DNA of 64,000 nucleotides from positions 55,802,001-55,866,000 of the forward strand of contig NW_024704743.1 of the NCBI RefSeq assembly GCF_018977255.1, read 5' to 3'. Positions 1-12,323 of the stretch are shown here, piece by piece. This DNA comes from Callorhinchus milii (Eukaryota). A program made the translations under genes and the position numbers. The first letter of the stretch is position 1. Each line of letters begins with the position of its first letter. The notes under the pieces were generated by a model. That model was not told where the DNA came from, did no database searches, and saw only the letters and a list, made by a program, of their open reading frames with translations.

Positions 1-187
1 TGTAACTGAAAAAGAGTAAAACATTATCAAAGGGACATAAATTAAAATAATGTGCTCTCTCAGTGCTATCATGGTGAATAATGACATGTCAATGACACAA
101 GGCTTGTTAAATGTCACTGAAGATCACCTATTGCAACCATTTTATGTCAGTGCCACAACATGTTTAAGGTTGAATCTATATTATATT

Positions 188-566
188 GAAGTCCTGTAGC
201 GTATTGGTAAGAGCACTCGCCTCACAAGCAAAAGGATCCGGGTTTGACTTCCTGGGCGGAGCAAAACCTAAGGCAAGTTTCCTTACTCCACACGCCTTTG
301 TTTACCTAGCAGGAAGTCAGATCCTGATTGTTAGTCAATTGGCAGATGCTTTCCGGGGGTCATAATCTCTTCCCCCCAAAAAAATAATAATAATTTGGTC
401 ACTCAATCCAAGACTGTTTGTGGGACACTGCTGTGTGCAATTGACTGCTGCGTTTGGCCCACAAAATATACAGTCAATTCATTTTACAGTATATTCTGTG
501 AAGTGCTTTGAGAAATCTGAACTGTGTGATAAGATGCTACGTCAAGCAAGGATTATTATTATTACT
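188..566 (+). mobile_element. tRNA-headed Deu-type SINE, long variant
   Basis: tRNA-like head with decayed A/B boxes, core ctgtttgtgggacactgctgtgtgcaattg, L2-like tail ending in (TTA)n. Confidence 0.85.
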
Positions 567-1044
567 ACAAGACACACTGTTTACAAGAAGTCATTGCTAA
601 GTGTCATTATTATAGCAGGTATCAGTGCAAATAGATTAACAATGAGGGTTTAATAAGGCTTACAGATATTTACAGTGGTCTGCAGCTGAAGTGGCACAAG
701 AAAGCAATTCAGGAATGCTCCACGCTATTAATTCATCCTATAACTATAGCCATCCTCTTTTGAGTTTAATATGTGTGTGTGATGGTAGCCTTGTGCCTCA
801 CTTGTATTGCACCGTTAGCACTGATTTGACCCAGAAAGTACATTGCTAGAACACTTAAGTATGCAGCATAAAAATGGTTTTATGGGAATCAATTTTATTC
901 TGAGCCCTGCTCCTGAGGTCACCTCCAAGGGGAAGTTTTGGAATGGAATCGAAGTATCGGCCACAGTATTAATCTGGCTTGACTTCAGTCGCCTTAAACT
1001 GCTAAATTTCATTAAAAAGCCGATCACACTCTCAGCTGGGGATA

Positions 1045-1142
1045 GGGCGGGTAAATGGATCAGCCATGATCTTATTAAATGGTGGGGCAGGCTCGTGGGG
1101 CTGAATGGCCTACACCTGCTCCTACGTCTTATGGTCTTATGG
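1045..1142 (+). mobile_element. CR1 LINE / V-SINE-type 3' tail fragment
   Basis: gatcagccatgatcttattaaatgg...ggctgaatggcctac..ctgctcct is shared with 27660-27750 and with 29858-29940 (minus strand). Confidence 0.7.
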
Positions 1143-2159
1143 TCAGCTCTTTCTCAACAATGATTAGCAGAGTCCTGTGTTACCCATGCGCAAAGCTCTC
1201 CTTGGCCCTTGGCAATTTGAAGTTGGAAATATTGTATAAATGCATTTTCCCACTGCATAATCACTTCACAACTGGAAGCAGTATAACAAGGGCATTAGTC
1301 ATCATGAGGTGGACCTGCAACGCTGTTTTTTATATATTACAATATAACTTTTTTTCTTATGCTCACCTTTAGAAAGAAAATGCTTCAAAATGGTCGATAT
1401 CCTTCATAATAATAATCCTTACATTTAATATAGGGTGTTATCATGTTGCGCGACATCTCACAGTGCTTTGCAGAATATACTGTAAAGTGAATTGACCATA
1501 TATTTTGTGGGTGAAACTTTGCAGCATTTCATCCATCCATGAATCCATTAATTTCTTAATTAAGAAGTCCGAGTGGGGACTCCATCCAATAACTGCTTCC
1601 AAAATAACTCTTTCCATTACACAATCACTTCTTTCCAGCTTAAAGGAATTGCAATCCAGAATAATGGATTGAACATTCATGCGAGATGGCAGCTTGGAAT
1701 TCTGGATTTCTTAAAAACTTCATTGAGAAATTCTGCAAATTCAAGTTCCAATGTAAGATTGCGACCTTCATTGTGAACTGCGAGAGTAGCACTGTACAGT
1801 ATATGTATCAGAGTATGGGGACAAGATCCTCAAGATCAGTTAGGAATCCAGAACCTGATCTTTTGCTTGCTTGATCCAATAAATGTCATCAAGATATGAA
1901 TCTCATAAAATGCCTTTTCAGGCATTTTATCTGTTTAAAACAGTCAGTGTTTTGTGTATTTGGCACATTCAAACTAATCCCTTGGCTGACTGCAATAAAC
2001 AAGTTCCTCTCTCTATGTATGATATTCCAGGTTGTTTACTAACATGTATTAAGTATCATGTGCTGTGAAGACTTACATCAACTGACTCGTCTGTGTGCTT
2101 TGAAAAAAATCATTAAGATAATATTTTTTCCTGAAGAAAACAGATTCATGCAAATTGAA

Positions 2160-2569
2160 TAATAATAATAATCCTTGCATGTGATATAACATTTGATATA
2201 GCACCTTATCACATCATTGAGACATCTCGAAGCATTCACAGGATATATTGTAAAGTGATTCACTGTATATTTTGTGGGCAAAATGTGGCAGCCAGCTTAC
2301 ACACATCAATATCCCACAGACAACTATGAACCGAGAAGAACTCCCTTGCCTTTTCGAACAGTGCTGTGGGGTCTTTAACATCCATCCACCTGAACCAGCA
2401 GATGCGACTTCGGTTTAACATCTCATCCAAAGGACGATGCAACACCCACCCCCAGCACTGCATTTGAGTGTCAGCTTAAACTTTTTGATTCCAAGTTCGG
2501 ACATGGGTCTTGAATCCACAACTTTCTGACTCGGAGGCAAGAGTGCTGCCAAGTGAGACAGGCTGACAT
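2160..2569 (-). mobile_element. Older Deu-type SINE (SacSINE1-like), near full length
   Basis: The reverse complement has the head gtcagcc...cactcttgcctccgagtcagaaagttgtggattcaag, the body cctttggatgagatgttaaaccga...caggtggatg, and the shared tail. Confidence 0.8.
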
Positions 2570-3666
2570 TCTGAGTAATCGAGTGACTAAATATCTGGTT
2601 CCCAACCAAAGGCTGAAATCCGATGGCTACTCCTCCTCAGATCTCAGTTGAATGAGTTTCCTCAGTTCTCAGGTTGAGATCGTGGGATAAAGATCCTGAA
2701 GCGTCCCCCTGGTGAGTGTAGGCACCGTCTGGCTCACCTCCCCCCAAACTGGACTTCCATTCAGGTGCCTGTGTTTAACAACAACAACAACAACAACTTG
2801 CATTCGTGCAGCGCCCCTCACGCAAAGGTAAACGACTCAGAGCGCATTCACTGCAGTTATTAACTATACGGACTCCTTTTTTTTTTACAAAAAACACACA
2901 CAACCAAAAAGAAAAACTCAAGGGAAAAAGAAAGGATGTGAGTGAGTAACTTGCGAAACGGGAGAGAAATGGGATCACATGTGACCACCGCCACAGCCCG
3001 ATTACAAATACAAATATATTCTCCTTTGTTTTCTTTGCATTTCTAGAGCTATTTTTGGTTCGTACGGAATTCGGCTCCAGTCGTCCCTCTGCTCTGCATT
3101 TTTAGTGCAGCCACTGAAGGGCTCTGTTTGCACGAATATCTTTCCTGTACTGTACTTTGCAGAAGGATGTGTAACAATCCACATTTTGTTTTTGAATTTA
3201 TACTGGCAGGCTCCTGAGCCATAAAATAAAAATTAAACGACGAAAACAAAGTGGAAGATCTGCCCCAGGGGGATTTCATTACATTGATACAGATCCCCCG
3301 GTGTTCCTGCAGCTGGGATAACATTCTCCAAGGTACCTGCCAAGCAGCCTCTTCTCACTGTGAACAGAGGAAGGGAAGATGGAAAAAGGAGCAGGAGGAT
3401 ATTTGATAGCATTTCAATGCTCTTACCTGTGGACTATTCATTCTCCAGGATCTGAAGCAAATCCAGTCTCTGGCAGTGAATTCTGTGCTCTGTGGGTTGG
3501 AATGAGCAGCAGAGTGGCCTTCACTCGCTCTTCCCTTTTAACGTGGTCCCAACTCTTGTTAAAATATAATGCATTTGTCTGGCATCTTATTCTGCACAAC
3601 GTCGCTCTTATATCGATTGGAAAAAAGGCTCGATCGTTCCCCGTTGCACCCCCTCCCCCCACCCCT

Positions 3667-3692
3667 CACACACACACACACACACACACACA
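3667..3692. repeat. (CA)13 microsatellite
   Basis: Read directly. Confidence 0.95.
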
Positions 3693-4535
3693 GTAACCGC
3701 ACATGTTTTCGTGCAAAAGTAAAACCGCAGTGGAAATCCAAATCAGGAATCAACTACTGTACCAAAAAAAATGTGAGCGACCACCCCCCTTTCGCGAGAG
3801 TTTATAGCCCCTTCTGATAGAGCGGGACCGTGTGTGACATGAATGCATCGTTCAGTAAAGTTTAACATTAAATAGGGGCCACTCGGGAAGAAATGAAGTG
3901 AAAATTGTAAGATGTGTGATGGTACCCGGAATGGGCTGCGGGTCAGCCTGTACCTCACCCTCACTGCTCCCAATCGTAAAGAGCGTCTGATAAAGAGCGG
4001 CTGTGATCACACACCGAGTTAACAAAAAAAAAGGTTTTAAAAATGCATTCGATTTCGTTTCGAGAGAGGAGGGGGGGAAAAAAAAGAGAACAAGGGTCTG
4101 GAGAATATATCACCAGAGTGACCTGTGCTCCGGTCTTGGATCCAGAGGGAGACTGAACCCCCGACACTTTACGCTGAACCGTCGGATGTTGCATTCTGCA
4201 GTTCTGCTCGTGTCACTTTAGGGGTAAAAGCCCAGAAGATTTGATCGGTTTTAATTTGGGTAATAATTACTGGACCATTCTCTCCACTGAGTCTCTGGCC
4301 CTTCTCCTGCAATTACTTGCAACTGAACTCTGCCCGCAACCGTGCGGGGTTCCTGTCCCTTCAACTGTACACTGCAATCGCCCCCAATTTATCCTTGTTT
4401 TATTTAATCTCCTTGAACAGTGTTGGTCCATCCCCTGAACCCGGCCGATATGAGTAAAACAGGCGAGAAGGAACGCCTCTGCTTTTCGCATCAGCAGATG
4501 TGAAAAAGAAATTCCCGACTCGCACAGATATTCCT

Positions 4536-4769
4536 GGGGAGAAATTCACACAGATCGACTGGTGTTTTCTGTAGCATTTTCAGAGCGACCAGCATTTGGC
4601 ATATTGTTGAATCCGTCCTTAATTTCGAAGCTGGTTTCTGTTAATTATTTCAAGAGCTACAGAGAGCACGTTTCGCAGTTTAAACTCCATTCAACAATTT
4701 GCCAAACGCTCGGCGCTCTGAAATGCTGCAGAAATAGTCAATGTAGACCCAGGTGGATTTTTTTGCCCC
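4536..4769. mobile_element. Palindromic MITE-like element
   Basis: Long imperfect inverted arms (ggggagaaattcac...cattttcagagcg..ttggcatattgttgaat / attcaacaatttgccaa..cgctctgaaatg...ggtggatttttttgcccc). Related copies at ~34067 and ~54293. Confidence 0.7.
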
Positions 4770-6099
4770 ATCAATCGAGGAGTTTTCAAAACACATGTAC
4801 ATTTCCCTGTGGGGGGAAAATCAACCATTCTAATCCGCTCAATCAGGAGGTCTCTTGCTTAAAACTTTCCAGTTAAAGTTGCAACGAAGCCCTCGCTGCA
4901 GCCGAATATATAATTGCAGTAATTATTGTAGTGTTAACGGTATGAATACAGAAACTGTCTGTGTTATTGAAACTATGTATAGCGTTGCCATCAGTGCCGA
5001 TTTATTTAGTGGTTTGTGATCGACATTTCTATGCAATTATAGTTACGATCCAAAATCATGCCAATTATGTTTCAAATCATGTATTGCTGTAAGTTTCCAG
5101 GTACAACCAATTGACATTCAGTTAATTATGTTACAGACTGCTAATAAGTAGTAGCTGTTGTCTCCGTTGTCTGTTGCTTTGACGATGCAACGATATGAAA
5201 GAAGGATTGGGATCATTGTTTTGTTTTCTAATTTGCAATTCAACTGATTGGGAAAAGTACTGAAGAAAGAAACGTGTTCCCTCGTGACATTAAACGACCG
5301 AACTCCCATTTCATCCACACATCAGTTTATCATATTGCTGTCAATGAGAGGATCAGCTGGTTCTGCTCTTACAGACAGCGTTTGCTTTCTATCACTCACT
5401 GTTGTTCCAATTTTTTAACCCAAATCGAGCTCAATTCCCAGCAGGAAATAAAACGATTGAATACATTCATACGGGAGTTGATTAATGCTGCCCTTGCCGT
5501 TTTGCCTTTTTCTAACGCTATTTTTTATAACTTTTTTGGACAAGTTTATTCTATTTGGTTTTCTGCATAGTCCTCGAAATAATCACGGGTAAGCAATCGT
5601 TTCTCTTCTTAAAGCTGTATGTATTATGTTATGTCCCGATTTGTAAGATTATTACTTTAAAGTTTAAATCAATTCTTGCTGATGGAAACCCATACAGCTC
5701 ACTAACATTAACCTGTATAAAATGAACTCTTATATTATCAAACTGTTAAAATCCACATCTCTGGCTATTCTGTTTTATTTAAAATATAATTCCATCTCTT
5801 TTTAGATACCTCCTAGAAACGTTTTCCCCTAAAGTAACAGTCACGGCAAGGCGAGAGTTTCAATAAACTTAAACGGTGTACGTGTTTGCAATTGAAAGCA
5901 CAATATCCATGTCAGTACCAATGAGGTCTGAAGCAAACGAGTGAAGCAGGTCAGTCCTGACAGGGGAGGCTCCAAAGTTTAGCAAAGTGTATCATACCAA
6001 CAGCAATCAGAAAATAAACTCGTGCCTATCCGACTGACTTCATCAGATGGGAATTTACTCTGTCATCTGAAGATGTACTTTTCTATTTCCTTTGGAGAC

Positions 6100-6105
6100 T
6101 TGATG

Positions 6106-6140
<35 letters not shown>

Positions 6141-6832
6141 ATTTCTCTTTTCTTGAAGTTCCCTTGTAGAAGGGCACCAGGCAGACTCTCCTCTGGCTCT
6201 TGAGGCGCTGATTGACAGCCACAGGTTTTTCCCCTAAGGTACATGACACGTTGTGGACATCTGACACCCTCGGGGTGCCAACACGTTAGAGCTTATTTGC
6301 TTTTGCCTTTCCCACTGCATCATTCGCTGTGTTCAAAACCACCAGCACTTTAGGCTGAAGCCAGCGGCAGCACATTGCAACATTTTGATGCGAAAAAATA
6401 TCCGAAGTCCCCCCGCCCTCCCTTTGCTTTGGAAAACGTTGTTTCTCTTTCTCTATGCCTGTGAATTTCCGGTCATTAATTGCTATGATTTATGGGGCTG
6501 ATGTTTTTTNGGAGGTAGCTTCACATGTGGTTGGGACCCTGCCTTAGATCCAGCCCCCTCTCACGTTACAAACTATTTATATCTCTTCCACGATTTTTTC
6601 CCCTTAAAGCAGTTCCCTGGGACAAGACGCGTTTGGCTCCGGATCACTTGTCATCCGAGAACCAGGGTTAGCTGCTGTGTGTGTGTGTTTATTCAGAGAG
6701 AGCCCTGGCTGTTACAGGGCGATTGATCCAGATCGCCTCAAAGACCTTTGCTTTTTTGGAAGCTGTTTACTTTGAAATCGAAGGTGCAGTTGGATATAAT
6801 TCCAGCTTCTTGGAATCTGAACCTCCTCCACC
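6100..6832 (+). promoter_or_regulatory. MEOX2 proximal promoter and 5' UTR region
   Basis: Lies directly upstream of the ATG, is free of interspersed repeats and contains CpGs. Motifs: TGATTGACAG 6209-6218, TGATTTATGG 6486-6495, MEF2/TATA-like CTATTTATAT 6573-6582. The TSS cannot be determined from sequence. Confidence 0.6.
6111..6136. repeat. (CT)13 microsatellite upstream of MEOX2
   Basis: Read directly. Confidence 0.95.
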
Positions 6833-7349
6833 ATGGATCATACAATATTCAGCTGCCTGCGCAGCTCTCATGCCCCAGCCCAGAGCCTGCACCATTTCTC
6901 CCAGTCTCCTTTAGCTCTTCATGGAAGATCCGACCATGTGGCTTTCCCAGACCTATCTTCTTCGTGTATCATAACTGGATTTCCTAATGAAGAAAACATG
7001 TTTACGGCTCAGCGTCATCACCATCACCTACATCATCACCACCGAAACCATCAACAGCAGCAGCAGCAGCAACAACAGCAGCAGCAACAACAAGCGGTGC
7101 AAACCACCTGGCACATTCCCCACATCTCCTCGCCCCCTCCTCCCACCAGGCACACGCTCTGTGTCCAGCCCGAGTCGGGACCCCCGGATCTGGGGCCAAA
7201 CGCCTCCAGCCTGGTGGAGAGCAATGCCAGCCTGGGCTCCAGCAACGCCAGTGTGGTGGGATCCTGTCACCCCGGAGAGTACGGGCGGCAGCCGATCACT
7301 GCTGTGGAGACGGAGAAAAGGCACCCCAAGAGGAAGAGTGATGTCTCAG
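6833..7349 (+). CDS. MEOX2: Mesenchyme homeobox 2, coding exon 1 (517 nt, ends phase 1)
   Basis: ATG in a strong Kozak context (ccaccATGg). Translation [35 protein letters not shown]...His/Gln tract...[25 protein letters not shown] matches the MEOX2 N-terminus (LALHGRSDH, His/Gln tract, KRKSD). Donor CAG|gtaagg at 7349/7350. Confidence 0.97.
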
Positions 7350-10300
7350 GTAAGGAGCCCCGGGATCCGGGCGCAAGCCCTCCCTCACCAACCCCCCCAC
7401 CCACCCACCCGTGTGAATGCACAACGTGCACATCTGCTTGTGGGCAGGTTCCAGGTGTCTCACACCCCCCTGGTACCCAATTGCCAACTCAAAAGTAAAA
7501 CGATTCCGGTGTTTTAAATAAATATACCGTTCGCCTCCTCTCCGGGGTGACAGCCTGAACAGCCCGGACCCCCACGCTCCTCGTTGCTAACGCCGGCTGT
7601 GGTCTGGGTGGGTCCCACACGTTAACGCTCCCCTTTTAAAAGCCCAAATCGACCCATTTCTGCCGCACGCAACAAGTCTGTTTTGCGGTGATCTATCACG
7701 ATGTTAAAGCGCAGTGAGAACAGAATGGCTTTGCACCCGAGCAGATCTCAAAGAGAAGCTGCGAACTTGCCATTATATAACCCAACTCATCGCGCCGGCA
7801 AAACGCCGTTTATTGTGTTCAAATCACACGGAAAATCCCCAAATTTTGCAAAATTTTGAAGCCATCAAAACACCGACCATCTGAAGGATGTGCAGAAGGT
7901 GAAGTCAACCTGACACTGCACTGCACTGACACTGACACTGCACCACTCACTCACTTTATTAACGCAGGATCGTCACTGTCACACGAGGTGAGGGTTAATC
8001 GTATTTGCGGCCGTCTGACTGGGTTTGAAACCCAAGTATTGATGGATTTAAACTGCGGCATTTGGAAGCGTTGCGGGTCCGGCGCAAAAGAGTGGAGCGC
8101 ATCGTCGGGTTCCAGTGTAATTGCAAACAGGAGTAAAGCCGAAGCAAACTCCGACCACATGAAATTGTGTTCAAGGGTACACCCCCCGACGACAGTATGT
8201 TTTCACGATGCTCTTGACAACTCGTAATTACAACCGCACAAGCAATTCACAGTCACACTCGCCAGCACTCTCACTGTGACAGAAGTGCCCAAACACGGCG
8301 ATTAATGGAGCATTACTTTAATGATTTCTCCAACTAGTTACTCTCCCGCCCAATCTGAAATAGAAACATATCCCAAATCCTTTACCCCCCACCCCCATCC
8401 CCCGCAATTTGGATCATTGCATTTGCAATTCGTTTGCACTCTGTCCTTCGGTGCAACGCACTTCTCCAACACTTCTCTGCTATTCCAGAATATGCAGAAT
8501 CCACAAATAAGGATAATCAGCTCTTTCCTTGATGTGGTGCCTCTCACGCCGGGGGCCATCTCGAAAACGCACCACTGCTGTAGGGTGTAGTGACTGCATT
8601 TTGTAGGTCAACACCCACAACACCGTTTAAAAGGGAATTAGACGAACAGCTGAACAATAAAGTTACAAAAGGGTATGGGAAAATGGCAGGGGGTGAATCT
8701 AAATGTTTTCTCACAGGTAAGGGTGGAATGGTCTCCTCCTGTGCTGAATAATTCAATGATTATAAATTAACTTTTTTTTAATAAAAAAGAGGAAATCTCC
8801 CAGTGTTGCTTTAACATAGCAATTTTTAAAATAATAATAATCATAATCATCCTTGCATTTGATATGGCGCCTTATCACAAGGCAAAGTGTTTTTTTCCCC
8901 AAAGTATTTCAATAAAGTTAATAGAAACAAAACCTCTCCGGGTGCTTGAAGAACATGGGAGTTTTTAACATCAATTAATTTTACCATGGATCGCTAGATG
9001 AATGATCTGGAAGGGAATAAAACGAGCTCCAAAACAAAGGACTTTTTTGTTTTGTGCGGTTAGTTCAGCCCAAGGCTTGCACGTTGTTTTTAAGCACTGT
9101 TCAGTGAAATGAACTTGCAACGCTCAGAATAAACACGGGGTGAAATCCCCATTTAAAACAAATGAATGCAAACGTTTTGGAAATGTAAGATGTTGCTCGA
9201 CAATTTCCACAAACTGTAAAATTGAATTATAAACGGTCTCAAAACATCTCCCTTTTCTGTTCGACTCCCAGAGCGCTCGATGGGTTGTGAGGATGCATGC
9301 ACACACATGCTGAGCGCTCAATCTTTCCAATTCATGAAATAATAATCTTTTGCCAAGATTTGCGCGAAGAATTGCTGAGATTTACTTTCAAACAATAAAT
9401 CTATCGTCGGTTAATGGGCTGTATTTCCTCTGATTCACACATTCATCACCAAGCCTCACAGAGCAGAGCGTGGGCAGGAAATATAAATGTCCTTTTCAGT
9501 TTTACTACAAAGACAAAGCGTTGAGCTGCAAAGGGCCAGACCCCATATTGCTGTTTTTACACCTGCTGCCTGTGCCGAGTTGCTTCTCGTGTTGTTTGTA
9601 TCCTTTTCCTCTTTGTAAACAGAAATGCAAGTCTTCAGTGGGAGATGGAGGGCGCATTTGCAAAGATCCCATTAAACATCTAATAACAACCCACCACACA
9701 CTGCAGCATATGGTCCCAGGCACAGCTCTACGGTCTCAACATAAATAGGATCAAAACCCTGAATTCATTGGCAAACTGCAAATGACCCAGCTTAAGTTAA
9801 TCGGGAAACAGTATGGTCTAACTTTCCTCTGCGGAAAATACATGGAACTGAAATAACTTGGCGTTCAGAGTGGCGACCTTCCCGGCGTGTATTAAAACCA
9901 GTGTATTAATACTAAGTGTATTAAAACTTAGGCGGTATCAATAAACGCAACATATAACGGCAAGAAAATTGTGCCGCCCTTATCCTCCAATTGCAAAACT
10001 TTGGAAAAGACGGCTATTTAAAAAAATATATTCCTCTCCACTGTTAGTTTTGTATAAATATACACTATAATTGATGTCCTCATACTATAGAGCTCATAAT
10101 GGATATCACTCAGATAATCATCGCGTTTGATTTGATTTTGCATTTGAATAAAAAAACGAGTGATCAGGAAACTATTGCTGTGGACTTAATAGCAGAAAAC
10201 CATTACTATGAGAGGGACACAATACAATATTAGTATCAAACGATCCTCATTCCCTTTCATTCAGCGCCTGCAGTTTCATGACATGTCTGGTGTTTATATT

Positions 10301-10588
10301 CCACTGTGTCTGAATTCTGTCGCAGGTTTTTTTTTGTGGTTGTGCAGAAAATAACTAAACAACTGTCACATCCGCGGAGCCAAAATATAAACCCCGTTCG
10401 TATGAAAGCCATCAATCAGCTCAGAGTGCAACTGCCCCGTTGTACACATGTGTCAGTTCATCGGGAGAGCGTTCAGCACATTGATCGCCCGTTTACCGTT
10501 TTCGGAAAAAAAAAACACTGAGTTATTTTAGTTCACGCGAAAAAAAAAGTGGCCAATAATTTCATAACTTGAATAATGTTCACCCGGT

Positions 10589-10985
10589 GCAGTCCTGCAG
10601 CTCAGTGGTGAGTGCAGTCGCCCCGCAAGCGGGAGAGCTGAGCTTTATTCCCGGACAGAGCGAAAACTTGGGCAACTTTCCCTACTCCACACGCCTCTGC
10701 TTTCCCAGAGATAAGAAGTAGGAATCCGGTTGTTAAGTCGATTGGCGGATCGCTTTTCTGGGGATAACAATCCCTGAAAGAAATAATAATTTGGTCACTT
10801 CAATCCAGGGTCCGCTGTTTTTGTGGGACACTGCTCTGTGCAATTGGCTTCTGCGTTTCACCCGCAAACATACAGTCAATTCCCTTCACAGTCTATTCTG
10901 TGAAGCGCTTTGAGACGTCGAGAAGACGTGAAAAAAAACGCTTTATCAAATGCAAGGATTGTTATTATCAGTAGTAGTATTATTT
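10589..10985 (+). mobile_element. tRNA-headed Deu-type SINE, long variant (MEOX2 intron 1)
   Basis: Colinear with 188-566 across head, core and tail. Confidence 0.85.
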
Positions 10986-11973
10986 TGTGCTGTGAGAGTT
11001 TATTTGATAGAAAGCTTTATCCTTATGGCCATGAGGAGTCCTGCACATTTTAGTTAAATAACCTGCATAATCTCTCTTGGATAATTAAATCATTTCTCTT
11101 ACATTTTTGTAATAGATGTGCATTTCATTTTGAGCTCACCGTGATTCTCAATATGTAGCTCAGCATTAATTATAAGATATAATTATAATTTTTATGATCG
11201 TACCGAAAAAGGGCATTTCTTTCCACTGTGCAACAAACAACGTTAACATTTGTCCCAAATTAACTGATGTCCTGAAACCTATACTTGTTTCCTACTGCGA
11301 GGATTTTTCTGTCTTCGCCTTCATAACATTTTGTGTGTGCCAACGTGTTGCTTCAATTCGTTCAAGCAAACCTGGGATCTCGACAGAACGAGTTTTAAAA
11401 CCGAATCTGGCTCTTTTGGGTGGAAACCCCGACAACGTATTAGTTTTCCTGCATTTGTTTCAATAAAAATGAAGAGCGATGACCGTGGCTTCAGCGTCCC
11501 GCAAAGCAACACCCCCAAACCCGTTTGCAAAAACGTTCAACATTGTTTTAGAAAATTATTGGCACATGGGAATTCTGATGAAATGCTGCAGTTTGAGAAA
11601 CGTTTGCAAAATATAACCGTCTGAATAGTCAGCCAGTGAGCAATGCAGCCACACGAACTGATTCGATGCGATAACGAGCACATCGAATCTCTTCTGAAAC
11701 GTCCCATTTTCACACCCCTCCCCCACTCCCCTCCCCGCCCCCCTCCCCACATCACTAAAGAAAAATAATAATCCTGAATTTTGATCCAGCGCCTGTAAGC
11801 GCTTGACGGGATTTACTGTAATATGCGGCGACTGTGTATTTTGAGGGGGTGTATTTTTTGAGCCAATCTGCGGACAGAAATGTAACAAGAAATGGGCTTG
11901 AACGTGGCGCTCTTTGCTGTTGAAATAACAGTTGCATCGTCGATGTAAATCTGACTGCAATGTTGATTTGCAG

Positions 11974-12146
11974 AGACGCAAGAAGGCAGCTACAAGGGAG
12001 AGGTGAACAGCAAACCTCGCAAGGAAAGGACAGCCTTCACCAAGGAGCAGATCAGGGAGCTGGAAGCTGAGTTCGCTCATCACAACTACCTGACCAGACT
12101 AAGGAGATATGAGATAGCTGTGAATCTGGACCTCACCGAGAGACAG
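11974..12146 (+). CDS. MEOX2: MEOX2 coding exon 2 (173 nt; homeodomain helices 1-2)
   Basis: Acceptor ttgcag| at 11973. The phase-1 join gives [58 protein letters not shown]. Donor CAG|gtaagg at 12146/12147. Confidence 0.98.
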
Positions 12147-12150
12147 GTAA

Positions 12151-12176
12151 GGGGGGGGGGGGGGGGGGGGGGGGGG
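12151..12176 (+). repeat. G26 homopolymer just after the exon 2 donor
   Basis: Read directly. Confidence 0.9.
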
Positions 12177-12292
12177 TGGGGGGTGTCACAGAGTTGTGTG
12201 TGTTGATTCCTGAATACTGCCCAGGCAATAAAAAAACAACCACCAGCGATTCATTCAAAATTAACTTAGAACAGCAGCATCCTGACCAACTG

Positions 12293-12294
<2 letters not shown>

Positions 12295-12322
<28 letters not shown>
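12295..12322. repeat. (TG)14 microsatellite
   Basis: Read directly. Confidence 0.95.

Positions 12323-12323
<1 letters not shown>

Noticed and set aside
420..653. Recurring short ORFs with [14 protein letters not shown] / KCKDYYYY peptides across the window
   Set aside because: Translations of the same SINE tail, not a protein family.
6510..6510. Single N bases (6510 and 58964)
   Set aside because: Assembly ambiguity next to poly-T runs.
7350..7498. Continuation of the 221-aa ORF past the exon 1 donor
   Set aside because: Intron read-through; similarity to MEOX2 stops at the CAG|gtaagg donor.
6987..7517. 176-aa alternative-frame ORF and antisense ORFs over exon 1
   Set aside because: Shadow frames of a GC-rich exon containing a triplet repeat; no recognisable protein.
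9887..9930. 14-bp tandem gtgtattaa unit x3; similar short duplications at ~7912-7945 and ~15600-15660
   Set aside because: Ordinary slippage-type micro-duplications with no further structure.
11971..11975. Tandem AG (cagag) at the exon 2 acceptor
   Set aside because: The second AG is 2 nt downstream and would frameshift the homeodomain; it is not a NAGNAG.
11556..12083. 175-aa antisense ORF over exon 2
   Set aside because: Partly the antisense shadow of the homeobox; no domain similarity and no splice support.
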